Source: a virus. From it: DNA of 64,000 nt. The translations under genes were made by a program, and so were the position numbers. Under the pieces are notes generated by a model. It was not told the DNA's origin and ran no database searches. It saw only the letters and a program-made list of their open reading frames with translations. The DNA is taken from IMG/VR virus record IMGVR_UViG_3300028045_001344, positions 32,001 through 96,000 of that record; one strand, 5' to 3'. Position 1 is the first letter of the stretch, and each line of letters starts with the position of its first letter. Below are positions 28,495-37,552 of the stretch, piece by piece.

Positions 28495-28539
28495 AAAAAG
28501 AAATGCTCCCACCTCTCAAAAAGAAAGGGGGAGCATTTC
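28495..28539 (-). terminator. intrinsic terminator after major capsid gene
   Basis: GAAATGCTCCC...GGGAGCATTTC inverted repeat followed by a U-rich tract on the minus strand. Confidence 0.7.
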
Positions 28540-28572
28540 AAAGTTTAAGATTATCTCCTAACTAATCAAATA

Positions 28573-30393
28573 TTAGCCAAAGAGATTTTCCACGACGACA
28601 AGACCGTACATATCAGGTCGAACCATATGCTTTCCGTAACGAGTCATTACACCCTTTCGTGGCGTAAAGTTCTCTGGATCGAAAATGGTTGGGGTGGTCT
28701 GTAGAGGCACATAAGGTGCATATACATATCCACTCTCAAGGAATCCGCTTCCTTTGCGACCAACAAGTAAGAGATTTCGTGGGAAGTATGGGTCAACATA
28801 CACATCCCACTTCTTACTAATCGAGCCCGTCTTCACAGCACCAGCAGTTCCGCGATTTTCATCTGCGGTTGTGTCAGCACGGAAGCCGTTTGTAAATTCA
28901 AGAATGTTCGCAACTTCAGGAGAAGTAACAATAAAGTTAGCTCCACCGCGAAGCGTCTTACGATGAATCTGTGCTGAAACGTCATTGACAGTCTCAAGCA
29001 AAGTCTCATACCATTCTGAAACAGTACCCGTGAAGGTGGGTGGCGCAGCAAGCGCAGCGCCAGTAATCCTATCCACAAAAACTCCTGGTCGTCTGGACCA
29101 GTGGAAAGTAGAAGCAGTCGCACCTTTGATAAGGTCTTCAAGGATTTCTTGATCAATTTCAAGAGCAATCGCTTCAGACAAAATCGAGGTAAGCTCAACT
29201 TCAGCATCCAAATTGTGATAAGCATTGATGTCCTGCTGTAGTTCTGGTGTCCATTTAGCACGAAGCTTTTTGGTCATCGCGGTGATAGAAACACTATCAA
29301 CTTTGATGTCAATTTCAGCAATCGCAGAACCAGAATTTGCCGTTCCGCAAGAATCTCCACCACCAGCAACGGTGCCAAGAGCTTCCAGATCCCAAACAGG
29401 CGCACCAACAATAGCTCCGGGTGGGCCAGCGTTAGCGAAATTATCAGCAATAACAAAACTAGCTGAAACACAAGCATTAAGCGCGGCTGTAGCTTGAGCC
29501 ACATCCGAACCTGAAACAACTACCAAGAGGTTGGCTGGAGCCACGCCTTTTGGATCTGTATAGTCAGGTTGCGTCAAACGACGGATTTGCAATTCACCCG
29601 TTTTATTGATGCCATTAATACGAGCACCAGTTGCGAGAGCCGGAAGCCCTACCGCACCACTGAGCAAGCAGATTGAAACATCATCTTGAACATTGAACTG
29701 CGTAAGCTGAGCTACGGCAATTTGACCAACAACCAAAGCGGCAGCGCCAGCCTCGTTGACGGCACCAAGATCAGGATCAAATCGAATAAGACGATCTCCC
29801 TCGTCGGTGGCTCGCGTTCCGACAACATTGTTCCATCCACCGAGCACGCCGCCGTCGCGTGTTGCGATTAGGGTCGGCACAGTGATCGAGTTTGAACCAG
29901 TCGTTGCGGCATATCCATTGGACAGATTATAAAATCCTTGTTCGTCCGCATTTGTTAAGGGTGGACCTGCTCCAAGCGTTACGCCATTGGCAATACCAGA
30001 CCCAGTAACACCACCACCATAGATAGATTCACATGCGTCATCTCCAAGTTTATCATTCGCTGTAGTAAAGTCGAGGAAGAAGATAAGACCACTCGGCAAG
30101 CTCATAGGCTGAACCGAGACAAGCTCATTCGCTACCAGTCCGCCGAATACACGACGAACGATTGGAAATGCAACTGCTGCAAATCCTTCAACATCACCAC
30201 TAGCCATGGTGGAAGCTTCACGAAGAAGTTCCTTGGCTTGGTTTTCTAGAAGACATGCCATACTGTTTTTGTTATGGTCGCCTTCAATTCCTTCTAAAAG
30301 TCCAGTGTTCTCCCATTTTGATAAGAGAGCATTGGCTTCACGCGAAAGATCACGATTAATGATTCCTTCGGTTAGTTTTTCAATAATACTCAT
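28573..30393 (-). CDS. major capsid protein (gp23-like)
   Basis: VSVQPMSLPSGLIFFLDF, KKLRAKWTPELQQDINAYH, EIDQEIL, YAPYVPL, GVMTRYG. Confidence 0.95.
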   Translation of the reverse strand: MSIIEKLTEGIINRDLSREANALLSKWENTGLLEGIEGDHNKNSMACLLENQAKELLREASTMASGDVEGFAAVAFPIVRRVFGGLVANELVSVQPMSLPSGLIFFLDFTTANDKLGDDACESIYGGGVTGSGIANGVTLGAGPPLTNADEQGFYNLSNGYAATTGSNSITVPTLIATRDGGVLGGWNNVVGTRATDEGDRLIRFDPDLGAVNEAGAAALVVGQIAVAQLTQFNVQDDVSICLLSGAVGLPALATGARINGINKTGELQIRRLTQPDYTDPKGVAPANLLVVVSGSDVAQATAALNACVSASFVIADNFANAGPPGAIVGAPVWDLEALGTVAGGGDSCGTANSGSAIAEIDIKVDSVSITAMTKKLRAKWTPELQQDINAYHNLDAEVELTSILSEAIALEIDQEILEDLIKGATASTFHWSRRPGVFVDRITGAALAAPPTFTGTVSEWYETLLETVNDVSAQIHRKTLRGGANFIVTSPEVANILEFTNGFRADTTADENRGTAGAVKTGSISKKWDVYVDPYFPRNLLLVGRKGSGFLESGYVYAPYVPLQTTPTIFDPENFTPRKGVMTRYGKHMVRPDMYGLVVVENLFG

Positions 30394-30408
30394 TATTTTT
30401 TTTTCTCC

Positions 30409-31623
30409 TTAAATAATGCCCGCAAGTCGCCTCAGTCTATCGACTTGATTTTGACCAGCGGGTTGTTTTTCTTTATTTGATTTCAATATAAGCGGATTGT
30501 TTTTATTCACTGCTTCATTCAATGTCTTCGGAGCAGTCTTGCTCTTGGACGAAAGATTTTCATTCAATGTATCATAAACAATCTTGGCTTCTTCTACTGA
30601 ACCAACTTTTGAAATTGCTTCGACAAGTTTTTCTTTTTGTCGCTCATTCAAGGAGTCGCTTTTCAGGATGCGATTCGTGTAGATTAATTTTGCGTTAGAA
30701 AAATTAACTTCTTCTAACTTCTTTGTTGCCTTTAGTGCAATACTCTTAAGATTATCAAAATCTTTTTTCTGCTTATTCAATTTAAGCTTCTGAGATTTAT
30801 TTTGCTCTTGCAACTTCTTTAATGCTTGGCGCAATTGTTCTTGCTCCTCTGCAAATTCTGTGTCTTGTTCTTGCGCTAAAGCAATATCAAGACCTCGTTC
30901 GTTTTGTCCCATAGTTGGGTGTGTATGAAAGATATCCCCGGAAGGAACATTCTTCATATCGACTACTAATGCCTCGACGATTTCATCAAGTAGTTCTTCG
31001 TCAAGTTCTTCGTTCTCATCAATTTCTTGTTCTCTCGAATCCTCAAAAATTTCAGGGGCGATTTTTTCAGCACCCTCGTTTTTGGGTTTGTCTTTCTTTT
31101 CTTCTTCTTTAGATTGTTTAATGGCTTTATCTCGCGATCCTTTCCATTCAGCTTCTTTAGATTCAACTTCGCCATCACCATCATAATCCTCGTAGGCATC
31201 TTCCTCATTCAGTGCTTGGGCAATTGCCTCAAGAAGATTGTCCTCGCTCACTTCAAAGAGTTCTTCTTCGTCGGCAGCAACTTCACCACCAAGATCCATT
31301 TCTTCTTCGCTCTCGGCTGCTTGTGCTGCCGCGACTATTTGATCTAGATCAAGAACCATTGGCTCTTCTTCTTCGGGGCACGGACACATGTTCTCGCCAT
31401 CGGTCGCAGCAATCGGCATTTGATCGGCGATGCCTGGTTCCGCATCAAGACCTTCCTCGTCTTCCATACCAAACATATCTTCCTCTTGTTCTAAAAGGGA
31501 TGTGACGGCTTCTTTGATTTCTCCTGAATACTTTTCGAGAACTTCTTGTTCTGCGTTTTTCATCGCCGCTTCTCGAAGTGCTTCGGCGTCAATGACGGCT
31601 TGATCTAACATAGTTGATGACAT
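30409..31623 (-). CDS. prohead core scaffolding protein (gp22-like)
   Basis: Highly acidic coiled-coil protein immediately upstream of MCP, ending RLRRLAGII. Confidence 0.75.
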   Translation of the reverse strand: MSSTMLDQAVIDAEALREAAMKNAEQEVLEKYSGEIKEAVTSLLEQEEDMFGMEDEEGLDAEPGIADQMPIAATDGENMCPCPEEEEPMVLDLDQIVAAAQAAESEEEMDLGGEVAADEEELFEVSEDNLLEAIAQALNEEDAYEDYDGDGEVESKEAEWKGSRDKAIKQSKEEEKKDKPKNEGAEKIAPEIFEDSREQEIDENEELDEELLDEIVEALVVDMKNVPSGDIFHTHPTMGQNERGLDIALAQEQDTEFAEEQEQLRQALKKLQEQNKSQKLKLNKQKKDFDNLKSIALKATKKLEEVNFSNAKLIYTNRILKSDSLNERQKEKLVEAISKVGSVEEAKIVYDTLNENLSSKSKTAPKTLNEAVNKNNPLILKSNKEKQPAGQNQVDRLRRLAGII

Positions 31624-31693
31624 TTATTTCTCCTAAAAAATTACAGTGGTCTTCAATAAATAGTAAGTAGGATTAGTAAAATACTATAAATCA

Positions 31694-31942
31694 TCACCCT
31701 GTCGGACCAGGAGGCATCCACGGTGCTGTTTTGCACAAGGCTCGAATTTCTGTATGCGTATAAGTCGAAAGTCCAAGCGTTGCAACCCAAGCTGGTGGTT
31801 CACCTTTCCATTTTAAAATTGCTTGAGATCCGTCTATTGATTTGGCTAATGTATTTATGCTGCTTTCCAGACAATCATTCACAATAGATGGTGTAATATC
31901 AGAAATGCTTATTGTTGTATATGTTAGGTTATTGTTGCTCAT
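31694..31942 (-). CDS. small hypothetical protein downstream of the LamG gene
   Basis: ATG at 31942 directly after the LamG stop; ILKWKGEPP...YTHTEI. Confidence 0.55.
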   Translation of the reverse strand: MSNNNLTYTTISISDITPSIVNDCLESSINTLAKSIDGSQAILKWKGEPPAWVATLGLSTYTHTEIRALCKTAPWMPPGPTG

Positions 31943-31943
31943 T

Positions 31944-34900
31944 TTATCCTTCTCCACAAGTTCCTGCATCTGAATTAACTAAAGTTCCCGACACACTGTT
32001 TCCAGACAGATCTAGTACGTTAGTAGAGCCTGGTCCATCGCATTCCATATCCAAATAAGAAGAAAGGGTTGCGGCTGCGGGTGCGGCGGCTCCGTCGTTC
32101 ATGTTTGTTAAGGTGCCGTTATAGCCGTTACCAGTTTGATCTGTTAGTGTTGAACTTCCGGGTCCATCTTCCATATTCCAATAAGCAAGAAGATTGGAAG
32201 AACTGATGGCGTTTGGTGCCGTACCTGGAAGGGACGCTAAAGAAGCATTATCCAAAACAACATCCCAGACACCTACTGCATCCATTGAGCCTGACCAATA
32301 ACTTCCCAAATCGCGACTATGAAGTCCCATTAGCCATTCGCGATTTGCTTTATCATCTGAAGAATCCCACGATGTACCGGTAAAGCCTCCATTATCATCA
32401 ATTTGCACACCATTACGATACATTGCGACATCAGTTCGAGCCGTCATTGGGTTTTTCCAAGTCATTGCTAAATGAACCCAGGAATTCACATCCCCATTAA
32501 AAGAAGAGTCAGCAGGAGAAGCTGAATAGGCATAGTAACTGCCATCACCAACATTCGCATAATATGTTAAATTTGCTCCTCTACGCCATTGTATAATCGT
32601 TGGTCCAAGATTTGCATTTCCACCACCTGCTGGGCGACCTGCGCCGATTATACCTCTGGTTTCATCACCAGCGCCAATCCAAAACCAACCAGCAATTGTT
32701 CCTGAAGATGGTTGCAAAGCATTACTTTGCGCCGAGCCGACTGTACCACATTGAATATAGTCATCTATTCCATCAAAGGCAAGCGCATAACTTCCTGAAA
32801 CTCCCGCAACCCAGTTACCCGGATCTGACGACCCAGTCGCCGTAGTTATAGCATTTGCTTTTGCGCCCGCAGCAAGATTAGCAATACTGCCAGTATCTAA
32901 AACACCATCCCAAAATGAAACTTCATCGATGTTTCCAGGCCAGGTGTACCCCGGCGCTGGCAATAGGCCCGTGGTTGACAAAACACCAATACGGGTGTCG
33001 CCCGTTCCAGGCAACGGGGTGGCTGTACTTTTTGCTCCATCAGTCCCTTTAACGCCGTCTACCCATAATTGAGAAACATCCGTATCTGTATTGTAAGTTG
33101 CAACCACATGTCTAAAAGTTGTGTTGGGGCCGCTGCCCCAGACTTTATAGGCTTGGTCGGTGGCATTATAATACGAACCCACTGAAAATCTCATTGTCTG
33201 AGATTGTCCATGATTATATTGTATATTATAGCCATCCGTCCAAGCTTGCGCTGCCGTGTTGCTGCTATGACGACCAATTATAGTTTCATAAGAGTCTAAA
33301 CCAGCAGGGTTATTTGCCCAAAAAGAAATAGAAAAGCTTTCGTTTCCATCTCCAAGAGGCAAATATGAAGATGATGCTATATTAATGGAAGTATCTACAC
33401 CATCACACAAGAATGAATACTTCCCAAGTTTTCCTTGACCCCATGCACCAAAATCCGCAACATCCATATTGACGTTCATGGTTCCATTGTGTGCGGTTGA
33501 TGGATGAAAAGATGCTGTCGTAACATCATAAACTGTTCTGGATGTCGGAAAGTTTCCTGAAACTGGGTTTGAGTCGCCAATTTCCCAGTCATAATATACT
33601 AAGAGTGAGCCGGTTGTGCCGAGATCAGAAAACCCAGTCAATGTACCATCATAACCGTTTGCAGTTTGATCTGCGAGAGTGGTTGAGGGAGGACCGTCTT
33701 CCATGTTCCAATAACTCACAAGATTTGAAGAACTAACAGAACTTGGTGGTGTTCCCATTAGTGATGCGATTGCGGCTGGGTCCAAAACAACATCCCATAC
33801 GGCTACATCGTCCAATTTTCCACCCCAGTCATAAAATCCAACAGCCCGACTACTAACACCCAAATTAAACTCACGGGATACCCTGTCGCCCACAGGATCA
33901 AAAGTGCTACCACCATCAAAAGATCCTACTCCGGGTGAAATAAAGTTTCCATTCACATACATTCTTAATTTGTCCGGATCATCAATTGAACTTTCCCAAG
34001 TCATGGCTAAATGATGCCAGGTGTCGAGCGCCCAGCCAACGCCAACGGAGGACCAAGCAACGTTATAAACAAGTTTTAGGTTGGTGCCGTCGCCAGCATT
34101 TGCATAGAACGTCTGCTGTCCACCTTGGTTCCAAGCTTGGAGAGTGAGGAGCTTATTATTAGCACCACCAGTATTCGCAAAACTTGCTCCCATGATTGTG
34201 TAATGACCAAGAACAGACATATTCACCCAACATGCGTATGTACCCGATGATGGTTGGAGCGCATTGGAAGCTGCGCTGTTCGCAGCACCTATCGACACAT
34301 AATCAGTAGTGCCGTTAAAATCAAGCGCATAACTTCCTGAAACTCCCGCAACCCAAGCACCATCACTTGCATTTGGCGGCGTAATGCTGTCGGCTCTTGC
34401 GCCAGCGCCAGAATTATAAAGTTCAGAAATTTCAGTGCTTGTAAGTTCAGTATTCCACACAGCCATTTCGTCCAAACTACCAGCAAAAGGCTCAACTTGA
34501 GTTCCACCACTCCAATACCCACCAAGAGTATAGCCTACCGGACTGTCATAGATATCAAAAGATCCACCAACACCGCCGCCAGATTCATCTAGTGAGCCAT
34601 TAATATAAATTTTTGCAGTTGGTGTGGAAGCGTCAATAACAACTGCCACGTGCGTCCAAGTTCCAGCCACTAATGCTGTTCCAGTTCCAGTTAAACTTAT
34701 GTAAGGTGATGTCCAGTCTCCTGCTGATGTAGCAAACACACGGATATACCCATTCGGACTTGGTGTCCCGCCAATTCCAATAGCCCAACCCCGTTCATTG
34801 GCAGAAGTATACCTATATTCGGATGCTATAATCGCATTGGCGTCGAAGTTATCAGCTTTTACCCAACCAGCAATTGTTATTTTATCTGTATATTGAGCGT

Positions 34901-35078
34901 TTAAGGTATCGGATAAGATGTATTCATTGGTTCCATTAAAACTCATCCCATAATTGCCGACTTTGCCTTGAACCCAATCGCCGCCATAGCAGTATGTGAA
35001 GTCGCAAGATGCGCCACCACCGCCAGAATTACTTGAACGGTTTGCGCCGAACATTGTGAATGGAAAAGGAAAAGGCAT
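31944..35078 (-). CDS. multi-LamG (concanavalin A-like) virion protein, four domains
   Basis: Four copies of YxxxFxG...W(T/H/V)H(V/L)A...G.(L/I/M)D(E/D/A)VxxW patterns. Confidence 0.85.
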   Translation of the reverse strand: MPFPFPFTMFGANRSSNSGGGGASCDFTYCYGGDWVQGKVGNYGMSFNGTNEYILSDTLNAQYTDKITIAGWVKADNFDANAIIASEYRYTSANERGWAIGIGGTPSPNGYIRVFATSAGDWTSPYISLTGTGTALVAGTWTHVAVVIDASTPTAKIYINGSLDESGGGVGGSFDIYDSPVGYTLGGYWSGGTQVEPFAGSLDEMAVWNTELTSTEISELYNSGAGARADSITPPNASDGAWVAGVSGSYALDFNGTTDYVSIGAANSAASNALQPSSGTYACWVNMSVLGHYTIMGASFANTGGANNKLLTLQAWNQGGQQTFYANAGDGTNLKLVYNVAWSSVGVGWALDTWHHLAMTWESSIDDPDKLRMYVNGNFISPGVGSFDGGSTFDPVGDRVSREFNLGVSSRAVGFYDWGGKLDDVAVWDVVLDPAAIASLMGTPPSSVSSSNLVSYWNMEDGPPSTTLADQTANGYDGTLTGFSDLGTTGSLLVYYDWEIGDSNPVSGNFPTSRTVYDVTTASFHPSTAHNGTMNVNMDVADFGAWGQGKLGKYSFLCDGVDTSINIASSSYLPLGDGNESFSISFWANNPAGLDSYETIIGRHSSNTAAQAWTDGYNIQYNHGQSQTMRFSVGSYYNATDQAYKVWGSGPNTTFRHVVATYNTDTDVSQLWVDGVKGTDGAKSTATPLPGTGDTRIGVLSTTGLLPAPGYTWPGNIDEVSFWDGVLDTGSIANLAAGAKANAITTATGSSDPGNWVAGVSGSYALAFDGIDDYIQCGTVGSAQSNALQPSSGTIAGWFWIGAGDETRGIIGAGRPAGGGNANLGPTIIQWRRGANLTYYANVGDGSYYAYSASPADSSFNGDVNSWVHLAMTWKNPMTARTDVAMYRNGVQIDDNGGFTGTSWDSSDDKANREWLMGLHSRDLGSYWSGSMDAVGVWDVVLDNASLASLPGTAPNAISSSNLLAYWNMEDGPGSSTLTDQTGNGYNGTLTNMNDGAAAPAAATLSSYLDMECDGPGSTNVLDLSGNSVSGTLVNSDAGTCGEG
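32780..34355. repeat. 34 bp exact direct repeat (32780-32813 and 34322-34355) within the LamG gene
   Basis: caagcgcataacttcctgaaactcccgcaaccca occurs twice; a 17 bp repeat tccaaaacaacatccca also occurs at 32251 and 33781. Confidence 0.9.
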
Positions 35079-35090
35079 TATGTTGCCTCC

Positions 35091-36158
35091 TTAACTAAAT
35101 GCTTTCGTAGTATCGGCATAAATATATGTTCCATCACTTATACCGCTGACAATATCAACTGCGCCCGCTGCGGTTGAAAGCGTTGGAGCCGTTCCTCCTG
35201 GCCATTTAAATCCTGAAAAACTAACTGTTCGCGTACCAGTTCCATCTTGTCTAAAGAAGAACAAATAAGACGTTCCAGCCACAGGACTGCTTGCAGTTAC
35301 TTCTGAATTAGCAGTTAAATGATAATTAAATACATTATATAAACTACACGTTGCATTTACGGGAGTTGAAATTGATGCTGAGAAATATTGCTGCTGGATT
35401 ATCCCGCCAGAAACATGTAGTGTGCCTGAGACTTGGTGATAATCGGTAGAATTGTCTCCTAATGTTGTGTTTCCTTGAATTGTAAAATTATTAGAATAAG
35501 TCGCAATACCAGCATTAGTCATTGTCAATTGGGTTCCATTATTGGTTCCAATTTGTAGGGTGCCGTTTTGACCGCTTTCGGTTTGGATAAATGCGTTTGC
35601 GCCATTCAGACCAATTGTGAGTCCTCCGTTATCTGATTGATCCGTGCTATTGAGAATACGGAAAAACGAATACACATCATCTGAAATCAATCTCATCGCC
35701 CCAGGTGTTAGAAAACTAGAGCCATCAACTCGAATATCTAATGCGCCTGTGACTTGATGAATATCACCAAATTTATTTCTACCCAAAATTGTTGAGCCAG
35801 AAACATCCAATGTTCCTGAAACTTGGTGATAATCAGTCGAAGTATTTCCAAGAGTTGTGTTACCAGTAGAAGCAAGATCAACAATACCTGTTATATTATT
35901 TGAGTCATCAATTGTGACTCCCGAGTTTTGTATTATTTTGCCAGTAGTTAGATCATATCTTGCAATCGCATTATCAGTTGCAGCACCAGGACCAGTGACA
36001 TCACCAGATCCGCCGCCGCCGCCAGTAATGTTCACACCATTGACAGCCAAACTACCAGTAATAGTAACACTTCCTGTAAATTGATGAGAGTCCGCCAAGC
36101 CCGAACCCATCTCGGTGTCGCCGGGTAAAAAGTTTGGTGATGGGGTCCATTTAGCCAT
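35091..36158 (-). CDS. fibre/spike-like virion protein
   Basis: Repeats GNTTLGxxSTDYHQVSGTLxVSG; C-terminal QDGTGTRTV...KWPGGTAPTLST domain typical of phage fibres. Confidence 0.65.
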   Translation of the reverse strand: MAKWTPSPNFLPGDTEMGSGLADSHQFTGSVTITGSLAVNGVNITGGGGGSGDVTGPGAATDNAIARYDLTTGKIIQNSGVTIDDSNNITGIVDLASTGNTTLGNTSTDYHQVSGTLDVSGSTILGRNKFGDIHQVTGALDIRVDGSSFLTPGAMRLISDDVYSFFRILNSTDQSDNGGLTIGLNGANAFIQTESGQNGTLQIGTNNGTQLTMTNAGIATYSNNFTIQGNTTLGDNSTDYHQVSGTLHVSGGIIQQQYFSASISTPVNATCSLYNVFNYHLTANSEVTASSPVAGTSYLFFFRQDGTGTRTVSFSGFKWPGGTAPTLSTAAGAVDIVSGISDGTYIYADTTKAFS

Positions 36159-36170
36159 TGGGAGTTCTCC

Positions 36171-36578
36171 TTAATCGGTCAAGCCAGAGCCGGTTAGCGT
36201 CATCATGTTTTGGGCTCCAATATCTGTTAAATCCGCCAACACAATATACCCGGACGATGCACCACTGTCATTAGATATAAAAATTTCCTTGCACTTTGTA
36301 TCAAATGTAATAGCATCGCGGTTAGTAGTTAGGGGGAAAAAATGATTTCCCGCAATAACATTTCCCGAACCAGTAGAATTAAAATGAACCCGAATATCGT
36401 CGGTGCCCGGTGAGGTATCGGATAACATTACTGTAACCGATCTTGCCACGGTCGGAAAAGTGATTTGATGTTCGGCTCCGTTAGCTAAACCTTCTGCCCC
36501 GGAGCCCGTTATCCAGGGATTGCCGGATACTTGATATGATCCAACTGCTCCTATTCCAGATTTATATTGATAAGCCAT
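36171..36578 (-). CDS. hypothetical virion protein
   Basis: 135 aa beta-rich ORF with an upstream ACTATTTA motif. Confidence 0.55.
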   Translation of the reverse strand: MAYQYKSGIGAVGSYQVSGNPWITGSGAEGLANGAEHQITFPTVARSVTVMLSDTSPGTDDIRVHFNSTGSGNVIAGNHFFPLTTNRDAITFDTKCKEIFISNDSGASSGYIVLADLTDIGAQNMMTLTGSGLTD

Positions 36579-36608
36579 GTTTTTATATTCCTCTTTTCTT
36601 AAATAGTC

Positions 36609-36815
36609 TTAATAATCATTTGATTCTTGTTCTTTTCGTTTTTGCCGCTCAATTTCAATTAGGCGACGTTGATGCTTTTCACGCCTTTTCTCGGATGGCT
36701 TTTTATAATAACGCCTTTCGAGATATTCTTCAATTATGTTGTCTTTTTTCATCTTGCGAGTAAACCTCTTAATTAAGTTTTCAGAGGTTTCATTTCTTCT
36801 AATTTTTATTTCCAT
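36609..36815 (-). CDS. rpsU: 30S ribosomal protein bS21
   Basis: IKIRRNETSENLIKRFTRK...ERRYYKKPSEKRR matches the bS21 consensus. Confidence 0.9.
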   Translation of the reverse strand: MEIKIRRNETSENLIKRFTRKMKKDNIIEEYLERRYYKKPSEKRREKHQRRLIEIERQKRKEQESNDY

Positions 36816-36825
36816 TTGTTTCTTC

Positions 36826-37239
36826 TTATTCCGCTAAATGGGACCAGCCCCCAGTCATTTTTACTAGACCGTCAATATTTACACCAGCATCACTCGGGTC
36901 TTTATCCCGCAACGCACCATATTTATTGGATTGACCACCACCGCTTGACGGCATCGGTTTGGTTCCTTCAAAGATTCCATGTAGCCCAGTTGCTTTTTGT
37001 AGCGAGTCTTTCACTTCCTTGAGTTGATTCTTTGCTTCAATGAGGCTTTGGCTTTGTTGTTGTTTTTTCGGGGTTATGGGTTGGGCGATGTGTTGCATCT
37101 GTGGGGCTGCATTAACATTTCCTAATCCCTGAACTACTTCAGTTATAAGGCCCGCAAGAACACCTTCTTCAAAAATAGACTCACGGATACATTCTTTAAT
37201 GAGGGGCTTTAAGATTTCCTTCAACTCTGATTTTTTCAT
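36826..37239 (-). CDS. hypothetical protein (MKKSELKEILKPLIKE...)
   Basis: 137 aa ORF coupled to the upstream gene by an ATGA overlap. Confidence 0.65.
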   Translation of the reverse strand: MKKSELKEILKPLIKECIRESIFEEGVLAGLITEVVQGLGNVNAAPQMQHIAQPITPKKQQQSQSLIEAKNQLKEVKDSLQKATGLHGIFEGTKPMPSSGGGQSNKYGALRDKDPSDAGVNIDGLVKMTGGWSHLAE

Positions 37240-37514
37240 ATTTCATCCCGAAGTTTTTTTTCATTTTTTAATTCTCTGAGTTCATTAGTTTTTCCGATCA
37301 GGTAATCTTTCCCTTGTATTTTTAACATAGCATCGCTTAAGGAATCAATTTCAGATTTAAGTTGTTCAATTTCATCTTCAACATTCCGATTGCCCCACTT
37401 TAATAATCGTCTGGATGCTTCATCTGTGGCAAATTGGGCATCCAAGATAACAAGCTCTTCGGCATCAATTTCATCGATTAAATTTTGTAATCGTTTTATA
37501 CGCTTTTCAGCCAT
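37236..37514 (-). CDS. hypothetical coiled-coil protein
   Basis: 92 aa, GGAG SD. Confidence 0.55.
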   Translation of the reverse strand: MAEKRIKRLQNLIDEIDAEELVILDAQFATDEASRRLLKWGNRNVEDEIEQLKSEIDSLSDAMLKIQGKDYLIGKTNELRELKNEKKLRDEI

Positions 37515-37552
37515 TATTTTTCTCCAATAATATCATTTAATATTTATTTTTT

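Noticed and set aside
32251-34355. Diversity-generating retroelement TR/VR pair in the LamG gene
   Set aside because: The repeats are short, exact and in-frame with no adenine-specific mismatches, and there is no reverse transcriptase in the window.
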